From sequence record OP557969.1: a DNA stretch of 64,000 bases. One strand, 5' to 3'. Below, one piece after another: positions 1 to 8,924 of this stretch. Numbering within the stretch: position 1 is the stretch's first letter; every line of letters starts with the position of its first letter. This DNA comes from Escherichia phage ph0011. The notes below the pieces were generated by a model. It worked only from the letters and a program-made list of their open reading frames with translations. It was not told the DNA's origin and ran no database searches. A program made the translations under genes and the position numbers.

Positions 1-51
1 AAAGTACACATACAGAGAAGTACTAAAACTTATCTCTATATAAGGTAATAT

Positions 52-240
52 ATGAACAATTTTGAGTACTACTTCAATAAACTAAATTCCATAGAACAAA
101 ATATGCACAAAACATATATTAAGTACTATCAATCATCTGCATCTGGAATTAAAAATATATCAATAAAGATTATCACTAACCGTGTACTGACACCTGAACG
201 TGATATGTATATTGATGTACTGAAACTCATCTCTGTGTAA
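52..240 (+). CDS. small hypothetical protein, divergent FamA-like
   Basis: 62-aa ORF; N-terminus MNNFEYY resembles the downstream KEYYT mini-protein array. Confidence 0.4.
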   Translation: MNNFEYYFNKLNSIEQNMHKTYIKYYQSSASGIKNISIKIITNRVLTPERDMYIDVLKLISV

Positions 241-250
241 GGAATAAACT

Positions 251-430
251 ATGAACAATTTCTATATAGAACACATAAACATTAAAGACCGTTTCATGTA
301 CGACACCTTCGTGAAGTACTACAACCTCGCAACTAACAGTACTAAAAATATTAATCTCAATAGCTGCATACACCAAGCACTAACAAAAGATAATCCCTTC
401 AGGGAAATCCTCGCTCTCGCATCTGTATAA
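251..430 (+). CDS. small hypothetical protein (about 59 aa), FamA-like N-terminus
   Basis: ATG shortly after upstream stop; N-terminus MNNFYIEH; below ORF-track length cutoff; coordinates hand-read. Confidence 0.35.
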   Translation: MNNFYIEHINIKDRFMYDTFVKYYNLATNSTKNINLNSCIHQALTKDNPFREILALASV

Positions 431-441
431 AGGAATCTAAT

Positions 442-1104
442 ATGAAACTTAATCAACACAGCAAACAATACCTTAAGCACTTTAAATACCTCAACAGTAT
501 TCAAGCAGAATCAGTTACATCATCTTATACGTATCACCCGAATATACTAAAGAAACGAAATAAAAAGAAAAAATCCAGAAATGTTCTCGTATCTAAGAAC
601 CTCAAATCGTACTTGAAGAAAAATAATATAGCTCTTGCTTTTATTAGTATCTATAATACTGATTTAAAAGTATTGAGTACTAATACCAGCACAAAAGCAC
701 TAAAGAATGCATCTATCTATATACACATTGATAATATCCCGTGCACTATAATTCTATCTTTCGGGAATGTATACTTCTTCGGGAATTGTAATAGCACCCA
801 TGATATCAGTACTGCACAATTCCAAATCGGAGATATGTACTGCATGGGTTCAGAAAAAATACACGATAACATGCACTTCTTCCAAAAGCAACGTACTAAC
901 GAAACTGATACAGTACTGCAATTCCTCAAAGAACTAGAACACAAAGAATTATCCGACGAAGAAGAATTCATGTACAGTACTGTAATCGATAATCCAGGAC
1001 TCTATAAAAACGCGTACAAACTAACAAAACATGTCCAGGAACTTATCAGTACTGATAAGAAATTTCATCACCTCATTACGTATATAACCTCTACAATGTC
1101 CTAA
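442..1104 (+). CDS. hypothetical protein (220 aa)
   Basis: Long ORF; RBS-like AAGGAA upstream; no recognisable domain. Confidence 0.5.
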   Translation: MKLNQHSKQYLKHFKYLNSIQAESVTSSYTYHPNILKKRNKKKKSRNVLVSKNLKSYLKKNNIALAFISIYNTDLKVLSTNTSTKALKNASIYIHIDNIPCTIILSFGNVYFFGNCNSTHDISTAQFQIGDMYCMGSEKIHDNMHFFQKQRTNETDTVLQFLKELEHKELSDEEEFMYSTVIDNPGLYKNAYKLTKHVQELISTDKKFHHLITYITSTMS

Positions 1105-1125
1105 CTCTAATATATAGATACTAAT

Positions 1126-1317
1126 ATGAAAAATCAATACAAAGAACTATACACAAAATATTTCCCCCAGTACCTGATCGAACACCTGGAACATACCAGA
1201 AACTTAAACACTAAAATTAATAAAGCAAGATTCATTATGTGCACTAAATCAGTAATAGATACTACCAACTATAATAGCGTACTATATCACATCCTGTACC
1301 TAACATTCGTGTACTAA
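1126..1317 (+). CDS. FamA mini-protein
   Basis: N-term KELYTKYFP, central MCTK, C-term LTFVY; tandem array. Confidence 0.55.
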   Translation: MKNQYKELYTKYFPQYLIEHLEHTRNLNTKINKARFIMCTKSVIDTTNYNSVLYHILYLTFVY

Positions 1318-1327
1318 AGAGAACAAT

Positions 1328-1510
1328 ATGCATAAAGAATACTACACAAATAAACTCCCTATGCATCTACAACACCTTATACCAATAAAACCTATTGGCA
1401 TAAAAGATCATGAAAAAATAATGTTCCAACAATGTACTAAGTACACCCTAATAGACGATGACAATCCATATATGCTGTACTATATAATAATGCTAACATT
1501 CAGGTACTAA
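1328..1510 (+). CDS. FamA mini-protein
   Basis: N-term MHKEYYT, C-term LTFRY. Confidence 0.55.
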   Translation: MHKEYYTNKLPMHLQHLIPIKPIGIKDHEKIMFQQCTKYTLIDDDNPYMLYYIIMLTFRY

Positions 1511-1511
1511 T

Positions 1512-1700
1512 ATGAATAACCACAAAGAATACTACACACAATTCCTCCCCAGCATTTTTGAACACTACGCCAGATATAAAGTCCCTCTGGATAACGAGTT
1601 GGCAGTACTCGGATTCAATAACTGCATAGAACGAAGTATAGAAAATAGTAGTACATATGACCAATTGTTTAACACTATCCTACTTATATTCAGGTACTAA
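1512..1700 (+). CDS. FamA mini-protein
   Basis: N-term HKEYYTQF, C-term LIFRY; 1-nt spacer to upstream stop. Confidence 0.55.
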   Translation: MNNHKEYYTQFLPSIFEHYARYKVPLDNELAVLGFNNCIERSIENSSTYDQLFNTILLIFRY

Positions 1701-1701
1701 T

Positions 1702-1890
1702 ATGCATAAAGAATACTACACAAAAGATTTTCCAATGTACCTCAAAACTAATCTATTAGATAAACCCCGCAACATCAATGCTCAAAACGATAAAGTGTAC
1801 TTTACTATGTGCACTAAAGCATGTATACTAGATTTTGATAGCTATCATCGAGTACTGTATCATACCCTGTACCTAGCTTTCGTGTACTAA
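1702..1890 (+). CDS. FamA mini-protein
   Basis: Start moved to internal MHKEYYT (track ORF 1657 reads through upstream gene); C-term LAFVY. Confidence 0.55.
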   Translation: MHKEYYTKDFPMYLKTNLLDKPRNINAQNDKVYFTMCTKACILDFDSYHRVLYHTLYLAFVY

Positions 1891-1900
1891 AGAGGCCAAT

Positions 1901-2107
1901 ATGAACGAACAGAAAGAATTTTACACCAAACACCTCAGTACATCAGAACAAATGTTTCTAAGGAGTGTATCACCTTTACGTTTAGATACACCACACGCCA
2001 GAGATTGCTTTAATAATTGTATACGTATTACTCTAGAAGCTTTAGAAAACAATAACAAAAATATTCAGTACTCAGGCGTAATGGGACTAATATTCTTCTA
2101 TGAATAA
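1901..2107 (+). CDS. FamA mini-protein
   Basis: N-term KEFYTKHLS..EQMF, C-term IFFYE. Confidence 0.55.
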   Translation: MNEQKEFYTKHLSTSEQMFLRSVSPLRLDTPHARDCFNNCIRITLEALENNNKNIQYSGVMGLIFFYE

Positions 2108-2288
2108 CAAAGAATTCTACTTAAACCATCTGGAACTAAACTCCCAAATGCTTATACCACTAAAACCAATAGATATCAAGGATAAGAAAAATACCAAACA
2201 ATTCCACTACCACACACTATGTGCTATCAACCCAGATTATAATACATATAAATTGTTCTACATCATCACCCTAATACTCAGGTACTAA
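2100..2288 (+). CDS. FamA mini-protein
   Basis: N-term NKEFYLNHL, C-term LILRY; overlaps upstream stop. Confidence 0.5.
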   Translation: MNNKEFYLNHLELNSQMLIPLKPIDIKDKKNTKQFHYHTLCAINPDYNTYKLFYIITLILRY

Positions 2289-2289
2289 T

Positions 2290-2475
2290 ATGCACAAAGA
2301 ATACTACACACAATTCGTTAAAGAAAACTACAAACACGCCGTACACATAAAACCATTAAATTCTAATGACCCAAATACCATATTCTTGTTTAAGGACGCA
2401 ACACGTACAGTACTCAATACTAAAGATGAACAGGTGCAGTACGTATTCTTACTATTACTTATATACAGACACTAA
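2290..2475 (+). CDS. FamA mini-protein
   Basis: N-term MHKEYYTQF, C-term LIYRH. Confidence 0.55.
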   Translation: MHKEYYTQFVKENYKHAVHIKPLNSNDPNTIFLFKDATRTVLNTKDEQVQYVFLLLLIYRH

Positions 2476-2480
2476 CTAAT

Positions 2481-2690
2481 ATGAATACAGAACATAAAGA
2501 ATTCTATTCCAAACACCTCAGCCCCTCAGAACAAATGTTTATAAGATCTACACCACCATTAAGTACTGATACATATTTCGGCAGAGTATGCTACAATAAA
2601 TGTGTACAAATGACTTTAAACGCAAACGACAATAATAACAGTACTAACATGTACTCAGGTATAATAGGTATACTATTTCTATATGATTAA
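2481..2690 (+). CDS. FamA mini-protein
   Basis: N-term EHKEFYSKHLSPSEQMF, close paralog of 1901..2107. Confidence 0.55.
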   Translation: MNTEHKEFYSKHLSPSEQMFIRSTPPLSTDTYFGRVCYNKCVQMTLNANDNNNSTNMYSGIIGILFLYD

Positions 2691-2865
2691 AGAACATAAA
2701 GACTTCTACATAAGAAAACTAACATTCGTCCCCGTAAAAATATACAAAGAATGCGACCCAAGATTATACCTGTGGCACTTCAATGAGTGCATAAAAGATT
2801 CTATATACCCTAAGAACTACAAAGAACAATTGTGCTCAGTACTAACACTAGTACTATCATATTAA
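2683..2865 (+). CDS. FamA mini-protein
   Basis: N-term KEHKDFY, C-term LVLSY; overlaps upstream stop. Confidence 0.5.
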   Translation: MIKEHKDFYIRKLTFVPVKIYKECDPRLYLWHFNECIKDSIYPKNYKEQLCSVLTLVLSY

Positions 2866-2878
2866 TAGAGATAATACT

Positions 2879-3082
2879 ATGAATAAAGAACATAAAAACT
2901 TCTATATAAGTAAACTAAAAGAAAATGAACAAGCATGGATTAGAACTATAATAATACTTCCATTTAATAGATACGCACTGAATAGATGTACACAGATTGC
3001 TATAGACCCTTATCCCATTGAAGAGGATGTACAGTACAATCAATACTACTATATCTTAATGCTTATATATAGACCTATATAG
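2879..3082 (+). CDS. FamA mini-protein
   Basis: N-term KEHKNFYISKL, C-term LIYRPI; RBS GAGA upstream. Confidence 0.55.
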   Translation: MNKEHKNFYISKLKENEQAWIRTIIILPFNRYALNRCTQIAIDPYPIEEDVQYNQYYYILMLIYRPI

Positions 3083-3098
3083 GAAATTACACAGGCGA

Positions 3099-3148
3099 AT
3101 TGTTAAAATTCAGCCTGCCATACGTCTGTATTGTTAAAATTCAGCCTG
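3099..3148. repeat. direct repeat ATTGTTAAAATTCAGCCTG x2
   Basis: Two 19-bp copies about 12 bp apart at start of non-coding hub. Confidence 0.6.
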
Positions 3149-3228
3149 GACAAATTCGATCACCAGGATTCTCTCCAGGCTAAACCACGTAACTCTACAG
3201 AGAAGCTATTAGCTTCTCTTTGTCATAT

Positions 3229-3460
3229 GTAGTCATAAGTAATCATATATAAACATTTAAGTAATCATTTATAATCACAGTAGTGAACAGTAGTGAGTAC
3301 TAGAGTACAGGAATGTGCACGTTTAATCAAGAACGTAGCAGTACTGATATGCCACTAAGTAGGCAGAGGAAGTCTGCCGTACTTTGTAGTTTCCAAGCTC
3401 CTTTTCCATTTTGCAAATTACATCAACTGTAATCAAAAGTAATCACATAATGATTAGTAC
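3229..3460. repeat. cluster of short direct repeats (GTAATCA about 5 copies, ACAGTAGTGA x2) and a GGCAGA/TCTGCC hairpin
   Basis: Seen by eye in non-coding sequence. Confidence 0.45.
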
Positions 3461-3489
3461 TGAATTATTACTTTCACCTTAATTTCAAT

Positions 3490-3560
3490 TACCCCTTTAC
3501 CCTTCGGGGTAAATGTATTTTTATCCATTTACCTTTGGGGTAAAATCCCATTACCCCTTG
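3490..3560 (+). other. cluster of consecutive short hairpins (TTACCC-TTCG-GGGTAA and variants)
   Basis: Three tandem GGGGTAA-containing inverted repeats, first with UUCG-type loop. Confidence 0.4.
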
Positions 3561-3744
3561 AGGCTCCAGCAAAAAGTTGGAAAGTACTCCATCGTAAATC
3601 TGGATCGTAAAAATTTTGGAGTACCTATGAAATAAAAGTTGGATCTTCGAAAGTTGAAATTTACGTTGGGACGTTTATGATTTGTGGGATATAATGAGTT
3701 TTGTAGCGATACAGTTTATACGATTTTAGAACTGCATAATGAAA

Positions 3745-3775
3745 GAAAGCTATTGACATTATGATTCAGTACTGT
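3745..3775 (+). promoter_or_regulatory. sigma70-type promoter with no ORF downstream
   Basis: TTGACA, about 16-bp spacer, TATAAT with TG upstream of -10. Confidence 0.5.
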
Positions 3776-4179
3776 ATAATGTTCTACATAGGGTGATGAC
3801 TTGCCGCAAACATTTCATTGACTCTACCTCCTGTCGTGAGACAGTACAGAAAAGATAGTTCCTCCTGTGGTGGTACATCTTTTTGAACCTCATGTAAAAA
3901 AACGTAATAACAGTACTGATATTAACAGAATGGTGTCAGTACTGACTTTAATCTAATACATTATGCCACCAGCACAAGCTGGTGGATTCCCTCTAACAGT
4001 ATTCAGTACTACATGATAGTCTTCATCCTCCTAGGGTAACATAGTGAGGGCTATTGTGGGAGTACTGAATACTCCTTTCAAAAGATAGAATAATGGTATA
4101 GTACCGACGGATTTTGGGCGTAGTTACCCTGGGTGGATTTTGGACGTAGATATGTCTAGCCCTCCAGAAGTCTGGAAGT

Positions 4180-4300
4180 AAAGATGGCTATCTATCTAGA
4201 CGGCTAAACGGCTAGATTTCTAGATGGCTGTATGGCTAGACGTTTGGATGGCTAAACGGCTAGATGGTTACACGTCTGGAAGTATAGACGGCTAAATCAA
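4180..4300. repeat. iteron-like array of GGCTA(GA) repeats
   Basis: At least 8 GGCTA copies at about 8-12 bp spacing, flanked by two GTCTGGAAGTA copies. Confidence 0.6.
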
Positions 4301-4634
4301 AATTTTTATTTTGTTTTTCCAATAGTTCCCCTACCGCGTGAGGATATTTTTCCCCGCAGTATCTGGAGTTAGATTTTTCTGAATCTGGAATCATTATCTA
4401 ATAAACTGGGGGCAATGTCAACCGCCTGGATGAATATTTTTAAAAAAATAATCTAGTACTGAATTTTGGGCGTAACTATGCACCCGGTGGGCTTGAGTCT
4501 TTCTCGACTTGATGGAACTATTATACAGTACTGAAAAAATAAAGCAATACCCTGGAAGCAAAAAAATTTTAATTAATTTGCTTGCTATTCTGGGCCGTAC
4601 TATGGTACTATTAATTCAGTACTGAGAAAGTGCT

Positions 4635-4722
4635 TTTACCTGCTAGGGTGCGGGAGTGTATCCTTTTTAAATTTTATGAATTTTGGGCAGATCTCCGCAC
4701 CCTGTGGGTTAGTGCCTTGTGT
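4635..4722. repeat. inverted pair of GGGTGCG-core element (AGGGTGCGGGAG ... CTCCGCACCCT)
   Basis: Arms about 45 bp apart; same core recurs at about 6530, 13520, 17240, 20520 and 23260. Confidence 0.5.
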
Positions 4723-4992
4723 CCGGCTTATGTAGTAATTATACGCTTTTTCAGTACTGAGTCAATACCTAAAAACAAAATAATTGAAAATAATTTAACG
4801 CGTTTAAACGGCCCGTAAAGCCCTGGAATGATTAGAATGGTGCAAATGTATAGCTTAGGTGTATTAATGCGTTAGAATGCGTCTGAGGCCGTTTTACGGG
4901 GTATAGGGATGATTTAGTGGATTGATTCAGTACTGAATAATAGTACTCCTATATAGAAAGAAAACTATTTTAAAAGTATTTGTAGAAAGTAC

Positions 4993-5051
4993 TTGCACCG
5001 TACTGATAAAAGCGTATAATGTTTTACATCGAGAGCGGGAACACTTCCCGC
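4993..5051 (+). promoter_or_regulatory. early promoter plus 5' leader hairpin cassette
   Basis: AGTACTTGCAC -35, TATAAT -10, GTTTTACAT, then GCGGGAA-cac-TTCCCGC hairpin, then RBS. Confidence 0.6.
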
Positions 5052-5075
5052 TACACATTAAGAGAGATTAAAACG

Positions 5076-5438
5076 ATGGCGACTCAAATCAATAAAATTA
5101 TTGCTAACCTGGTTAACTTCCGTGAAGAGATGAAAGGTCTTCCGGCTGAAACGGTAAAAATTCACATTTCAGCTTATCGGGAACTTATTGCAATGTTACC
5201 GCTTAAGCGTGAACAATACGCCGCTACCGTGATGCTTGATGCGATGATCAATAAGATGATCGCCAGTGATTTAACGATGGTTTATCAGTACATGGGCGAA
5301 AATTTCGCGGTGTCTGGTAAGCCAGTACCAGGGATGGCAACTACTGAGGAATTGCACGGTTTAAATTTAAAACAAGATGCATGGGATAATATGCCTCGTT
5401 TCCTGGTATGGGCTGACAGTGGCAAAATTTACAAATAA
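5076..5438 (+). CDS. hypothetical protein (120 aa)
   Basis: Start at MATQINK after hairpin and RBS AAGAGAG; track N-extension covers promoter. Confidence 0.65.
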   Translation: MATQINKIIANLVNFREEMKGLPAETVKIHISAYRELIAMLPLKREQYAATVMLDAMINKMIASDLTMVYQYMGENFAVSGKPVPGMATTEELHGLNLKQDAWDNMPRFLVWADSGKIYK

Positions 5439-5530
5439 GTTTAATAAAGTACTTGCATACTAAGTTAAAACAAGTATAATACTTTCTATCAGGTGGGGAA
5501 TAGTTCCCCACTATATAAGAGGATTAAAAA

Positions 5531-5770
5531 ATGGCTAAATCAAAAATGTTCTTAGGTCACAAAAACAAAACTCATTGGAATGTAAGCCTTTGGATTAATA
5601 ACGATGAATCATTATACCGGTTGGCCCTGGACTTTATTGCCGCCAATACTAATCGCAATGATGCGGCCCGTCATATGATGTTATTTTTAGAACAGACTGG
5701 ACAAGATAAAACACCGGACGGATTCAAATATAGCACTACTGCGATCCGTGCGGCGATGGTTGGAATGTAA
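5531..5770 (+). CDS. hypothetical protein, paralog of 7569..7808
   Basis: Shared GHKNKTHWNVSLWINN and TPDGFKYSTTAIRAAMVGM; own cassette. Confidence 0.7.
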   Translation: MAKSKMFLGHKNKTHWNVSLWINNDESLYRLALDFIAANTNRNDAARHMMLFLEQTGQDKTPDGFKYSTTAIRAAMVGM

Positions 5771-5860
5771 TAGAATAGAATTTATTTAAAGTACTATCAT
5801 TTTTTGCGATAGTACTTTATAATAGTGTTTTATTCATACACCAACGATAAGGGCAATAGC

Positions 5861-6127
5861 ATGAATATTAAGTATTTTGCGACGCGTGAACAAGCTCGGA
5901 AGGCGGCGAAAGTGGAAGGTGCAACGTTTAAAGATATGGGCATACAATCGGAACGTGGTAAACGTTGGGCCATTGTAAAGCGTAGTACAGCCAGATCATT
6001 ACAGTACTGGTTAGCGGCTTTAAAAAGTCCTGCTAGTGTATCGCGTCGAGTGGTAGAAATAAAGCTCGACCGTAAGGGGAATCGTGTTACCGTGTACCGT
6101 ACTAAAAAGATAGCAGTACTTGAATAA
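5861..6127 (+). CDS. hypothetical protein, paralog of 18547..18942
   Basis: Shared FYATRE..FKDMG..DRKGNRVTVY; start at MNIKY after RBS. Confidence 0.6.
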   Translation: MNIKYFATREQARKAAKVEGATFKDMGIQSERGKRWAIVKRSTARSLQYWLAALKSPASVSRRVVEIKLDRKGNRVTVYRTKKIAVLE

Positions 6128-6130
6128 AAA

Positions 6131-6195
6131 GTACTTGCAAACTATGCTTAAAAGCGTATAATACTTTATATCAGGGCGGGGGAATAGTTCCCGCC
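6131..6195 (+). promoter_or_regulatory. early promoter plus 5' leader hairpin cassette
   Basis: AGTACTTGCAA, TATAAT, GCGGGGGAA-tag-TTCCCGCC hairpin. Confidence 0.6.
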
Positions 6196-6214
6196 TATAA
6201 CCGGGAGTAATAAA

Positions 6215-6445
6215 ATGACTAATATGTATATGACTGAAGTTAAAACCGTAAAAGATACTACCACGAATAAAACTACTTACTTACAGCGGATCTGTGGTGT
6301 CTGGCAACGTATCAGCAAATCAAAGTACTTTAAATTAACATCATATGCCAATCGTTCGGATTCATTCAGTACTGAAATAAAAGGTAATAAAGTACACCAA
6401 TACGGCACTTATTATTATTATAGCCTGGACGCGATTGCAGTATAA
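6215..6445 (+). CDS. hypothetical protein (76 aa)
   Basis: ATG directly after hairpin and AGGAGT RBS. Confidence 0.6.
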   Translation: MTNMYMTEVKTVKDTTTNKTTYLQRICGVWQRISKSKYFKLTSYANRSDSFSTEIKGNKVHQYGTYYYYSLDAIAV

Positions 6446-6730
6446 GTAGTTTACAAATCTTTACAATTGCCGGTATTGACTTAAAATGTCAGTACTGGCA
6501 TAATGTATTCATTGGCAGATAAGCCGTGGCCCATAGGGTGCGGAAGTGTATCTATAGAAAAATTAGTTTAGTACAGTTACAATTGTGCACCCTGTGGGTT
6601 AGCTGTTGTCATGGGGTATATTATGCCAGTACTTGATAATGCTGTCAATACTTTTTTACTATTCAGTACTGAAAACTATTTGATAAAAAGTACTTGCAAA
6701 CTATGTTTAAAGGCGTATAATGTTTTACAT

Positions 6731-6803
6731 CAGGACGGGGAACGAAATAAGTAACTTCCCGTTAAGTAGCCCAGGAGTAAGGCATACGAAAAACTCCCCT
6801 GAT
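6731..6803 (+). other. structured about 75-nt leader element (copy 1), candidate small RNA or regulatory leader
   Basis: Starts at promoter +1 (CAGGACGGGGAACG...ACTCCCCTGAT), followed by a second promoter; near-identical copy at 17354-17424. Confidence 0.45.
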
Positions 6804-6871
6804 AAAATAGTTTGACAATTGTTTTTAAAAGCGTATAATACTTACATCAACTACTGAATGAGGGTTACAAA

Positions 6872-7483
6872 ATGAAAACTATCACTACTACTACTTATGT
6901 TATGGATTTTTCTGAATTGAACGCAGAACAAAAAACGTCAGCTATCGAACTGGTTCGGGAACGTGAAAAAAACTTAAACGACGATTATTTTTCTGAAAGT
7001 GAAATTGAATACTATAAAGAAACAGTACTACCGGAATATGGCATTAATGACGCAGAAATACAATTCAGTGGTTTTTGGTCGCAAGGTGACGGTGCATCAA
7101 TTAGTACTGACCACGTTGACGCAGTGAAGTTTTTACGTAAGGTAAGAGCATTAACTAAGTATCGCTCAATCCGTCACCTGCTGAATGAAGATGATTTGGC
7201 GATGAGTGTAAAGCGTTCTCACTCCCGCTACTCACATGAGAACACTGTAAGCGGGTACATTGAATCGGCTTACACTGATTTAACCGCAAAACAAGAAACG
7301 TTAGTTAATGAGCTTGAGGAACTGCTCACTGATACTATTCGTGAATTGTCACGCAAGTTATACCGTGATTTAGAGAATGCATATGAGGATCAATTCACTA
7401 CTGAAAACATCGTATCACTGATTGAGGGTAACGAATATCAATTCAATGTTATTGATGGCGTAGTAGAATCAATTGCATATTAA
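6872..7483 (+). CDS. hypothetical protein (203 aa)
   Basis: ORF with RBS GAGGG; tandem promoters upstream; no confident family call. Confidence 0.65.
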   Translation: MKTITTTTYVMDFSELNAEQKTSAIELVREREKNLNDDYFSESEIEYYKETVLPEYGINDAEIQFSGFWSQGDGASISTDHVDAVKFLRKVRALTKYRSIRHLLNEDDLAMSVKRSHSRYSHENTVSGYIESAYTDLTAKQETLVNELEELLTDTIRELSRKLYRDLENAYEDQFTTENIVSLIEGNEYQFNVIDGVVESIAY

Positions 7484-7485
7484 AA

Positions 7486-7550
7486 AGTACTTGCAAACTA
7501 AGTTTAAAAGCGTATAATACTTTATATCGAGGCGGGGAATGGTTCCCCGC
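7486..7550 (+). promoter_or_regulatory. early promoter plus 5' leader hairpin cassette
   Basis: AGTACTTGCAA, TATAAT, GCGGGGAA-tgg-TTCCCCGC hairpin. Confidence 0.6.
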
Positions 7551-7568
7551 TCAAACGAGGATTTAAAA

Positions 7569-7808
7569 ATGGCTAGTACTAAAACTTACAACGGTCACAA
7601 AAACAAAACTCATTGGAATGTTTCCTTATGGATTAATAACGGTGAGTCATTGTATCGGCTTGCTCAAAGTTGCATCGCACAATGTAAAACTAAAGATATT
7701 GCGGCCCAATGTATGTACCGCAGATTAAAAGCCAACGGTACTACTACAACGCCGGACGGATTCAAGTATAGCACTACGGCGATCCGTGCTGCAATGGTTG
7801 GAATGTAA
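7569..7808 (+). CDS. hypothetical protein, paralog of 5531..5770
   Basis: Start at MASTKTYNGHKNKTHW after hairpin and RBS. Confidence 0.7.
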   Translation: MASTKTYNGHKNKTHWNVSLWINNGESLYRLAQSCIAQCKTKDIAAQCMYRRLKANGTTTTPDGFKYSTTAIRAAMVGM

Positions 7809-7864
7809 CATTCAGTACTGAATCAATGGCGGGTGTGGTTCCCGCCTTTACTGAGGATTATCTA

Positions 7865-8146
7865 ATGAGTAAAGTAATTAACTATACAGTACTAAGCAAG
7901 TCATTATCTATTAGCCAGTGCACCGATGGTTTTTGGCTGTACGATGAAACGCGTGGTATGAATTTAGCTATGCAGGAGAAAACTCCTGATGCGGCATATC
8001 TTAAAGCACTGGAATACTACCAGAAGCGTTTAACGGAAGTAGAAAACAATTATCAGAATCTCAAAGAGAAAGTAGATAATTTCGTTGGTCAATTCGTTGA
8101 CGATGACGAAGGGCACTACTGCGACCGTTGCGGATCTTACAGTTAA
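7865..8146 (+). CDS. hypothetical protein (93 aa), C-terminal CxxC
   Basis: Start at MSKVINY after GGCGGG..CCCGCC hairpin and RBS GAGGAT. Confidence 0.55.
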   Translation: MSKVINYTVLSKSLSISQCTDGFWLYDETRGMNLAMQEKTPDAAYLKALEYYQKRLTEVENNYQNLKEKVDNFVGQFVDDDEGHYCDRCGSYS

Positions 8147-8163
8147 GTACTAAGGATTATATA

Positions 8164-8367
8164 ATGAGTGATTTAATTGAACGTATCAAAGAGCTTGAAG
8201 AAAAAGAATTACAGCTAATCGGCTTACAGAATAAAATCTATCATGATTTGGGGAGTTTTATCAATGCTTGGGATAGTGGCGATCCTGATGCGTTACCTGC
8301 TAACCGCCAGGCAATGATCAATGATGTGCGTGGTGTCTTTGAGTATGTTTTAAAGCAATTAAATTAA
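8164..8367 (+). CDS. hypothetical protein (67 aa)
   Basis: Start at MSDLIER after RBS TAAGGA. Confidence 0.55.
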   Translation: MSDLIERIKELEEKELQLIGLQNKIYHDLGSFINAWDSGDPDALPANRQAMINDVRGVFEYVLKQLN

Positions 8368-8370
8368 AAA

Positions 8371-8436
8371 AGTACTTGCAATTAGTTTTTAGTACTGTAT
8401 AATGTTTTACATAGAGGGGAGAAAATGGTTCTCCCT
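8371..8436 (+). promoter_or_regulatory. early promoter plus 5' leader hairpin cassette
   Basis: AGTACTTGCAA, AGTACTGTATAAT, GGGGAGAAA-atg-GTTCTCCC hairpin. Confidence 0.6.
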
Positions 8437-8454
8437 AGTAAAGAGGAAAATAAA

Positions 8455-8676
8455 ATGGCTAATATTACTACTCTTTCCCAACTTGAAGCACTGGTTAAAT
8501 CTATGCGGGAACATGCCGACAAAATCGGCGTAAAAGATCCAGCCGTTTGCTTTTGTGACGAATTGAATGATGATACATTGGTAATAGCAGAAGTCCAGGA
8601 CGTTTCTAACTATTCATCGCGTTACACTGGCGGCGTAGCAAATAAAGGTGACTTCTGTTTATACCTTACCAAATAA
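8455..8676 (+). CDS. hypothetical protein (73 aa)
   Basis: Start at MANITTL after hairpin and RBS AAGAGGAAA. Confidence 0.65.
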   Translation: MANITTLSQLEALVKSMREHADKIGVKDPAVCFCDELNDDTLVIAEVQDVSNYSSRYTGGVANKGDFCLYLTK

Positions 8677-8840
8677 CAACGCGGGGAGATAATAACTCCC
8701 CGTTACTTTTTCAGTACTGAATCATTTAATAGACGGATCTATGCACCCGGTGGGTTAGTGACTGTTTCGTCTTGATGTAGTAATTATGCCAGTACTGGAT
8801 GCGGTTGTCAAGAACTATTTTTCAAATACTTTTTACTAAA

Positions 8841-8906
8841 GTACTTGCTAATAGTTTTTAAACGCGTATAATGTTTTACATAGCAAGGGGAAACGGTTTC
8901 CCCTGG
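8841..8906 (+). promoter_or_regulatory. early promoter plus 5' leader hairpin cassette
   Basis: AGTACTTGCTA, TATAAT, GGGGAAAC-g-GTTTCCCC hairpin. Confidence 0.6.
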
Positions 8907-8924
8907 TAACTAAGGAATAAGAAA

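Noticed and set aside
4630-4818. Track ORF of 62 aa inside the non-coding hub
   Set aside because: It spans the inverted GGGTGCG-core repeat pair and CAGTACTG sites, has no RBS or promoter cassette, and its product is low-complexity; more likely a chance frame through repeat DNA.
3083-5018. tRNA genes in the non-coding hub
   Set aside because: I searched by eye for T-loop GTTCGA/GTTCAAATCC-type motifs and cloverleaf-compatible inverted repeats and found none; hairpins present are simple stem-loops. A tRNAscan run would be needed to be definitive.
6872-7483. ArdA-type antirestriction call for the 203-aa early protein
   Set aside because: It is acidic and early, but I could not match it to the ArdA sequence features I remember; a profile search is needed.
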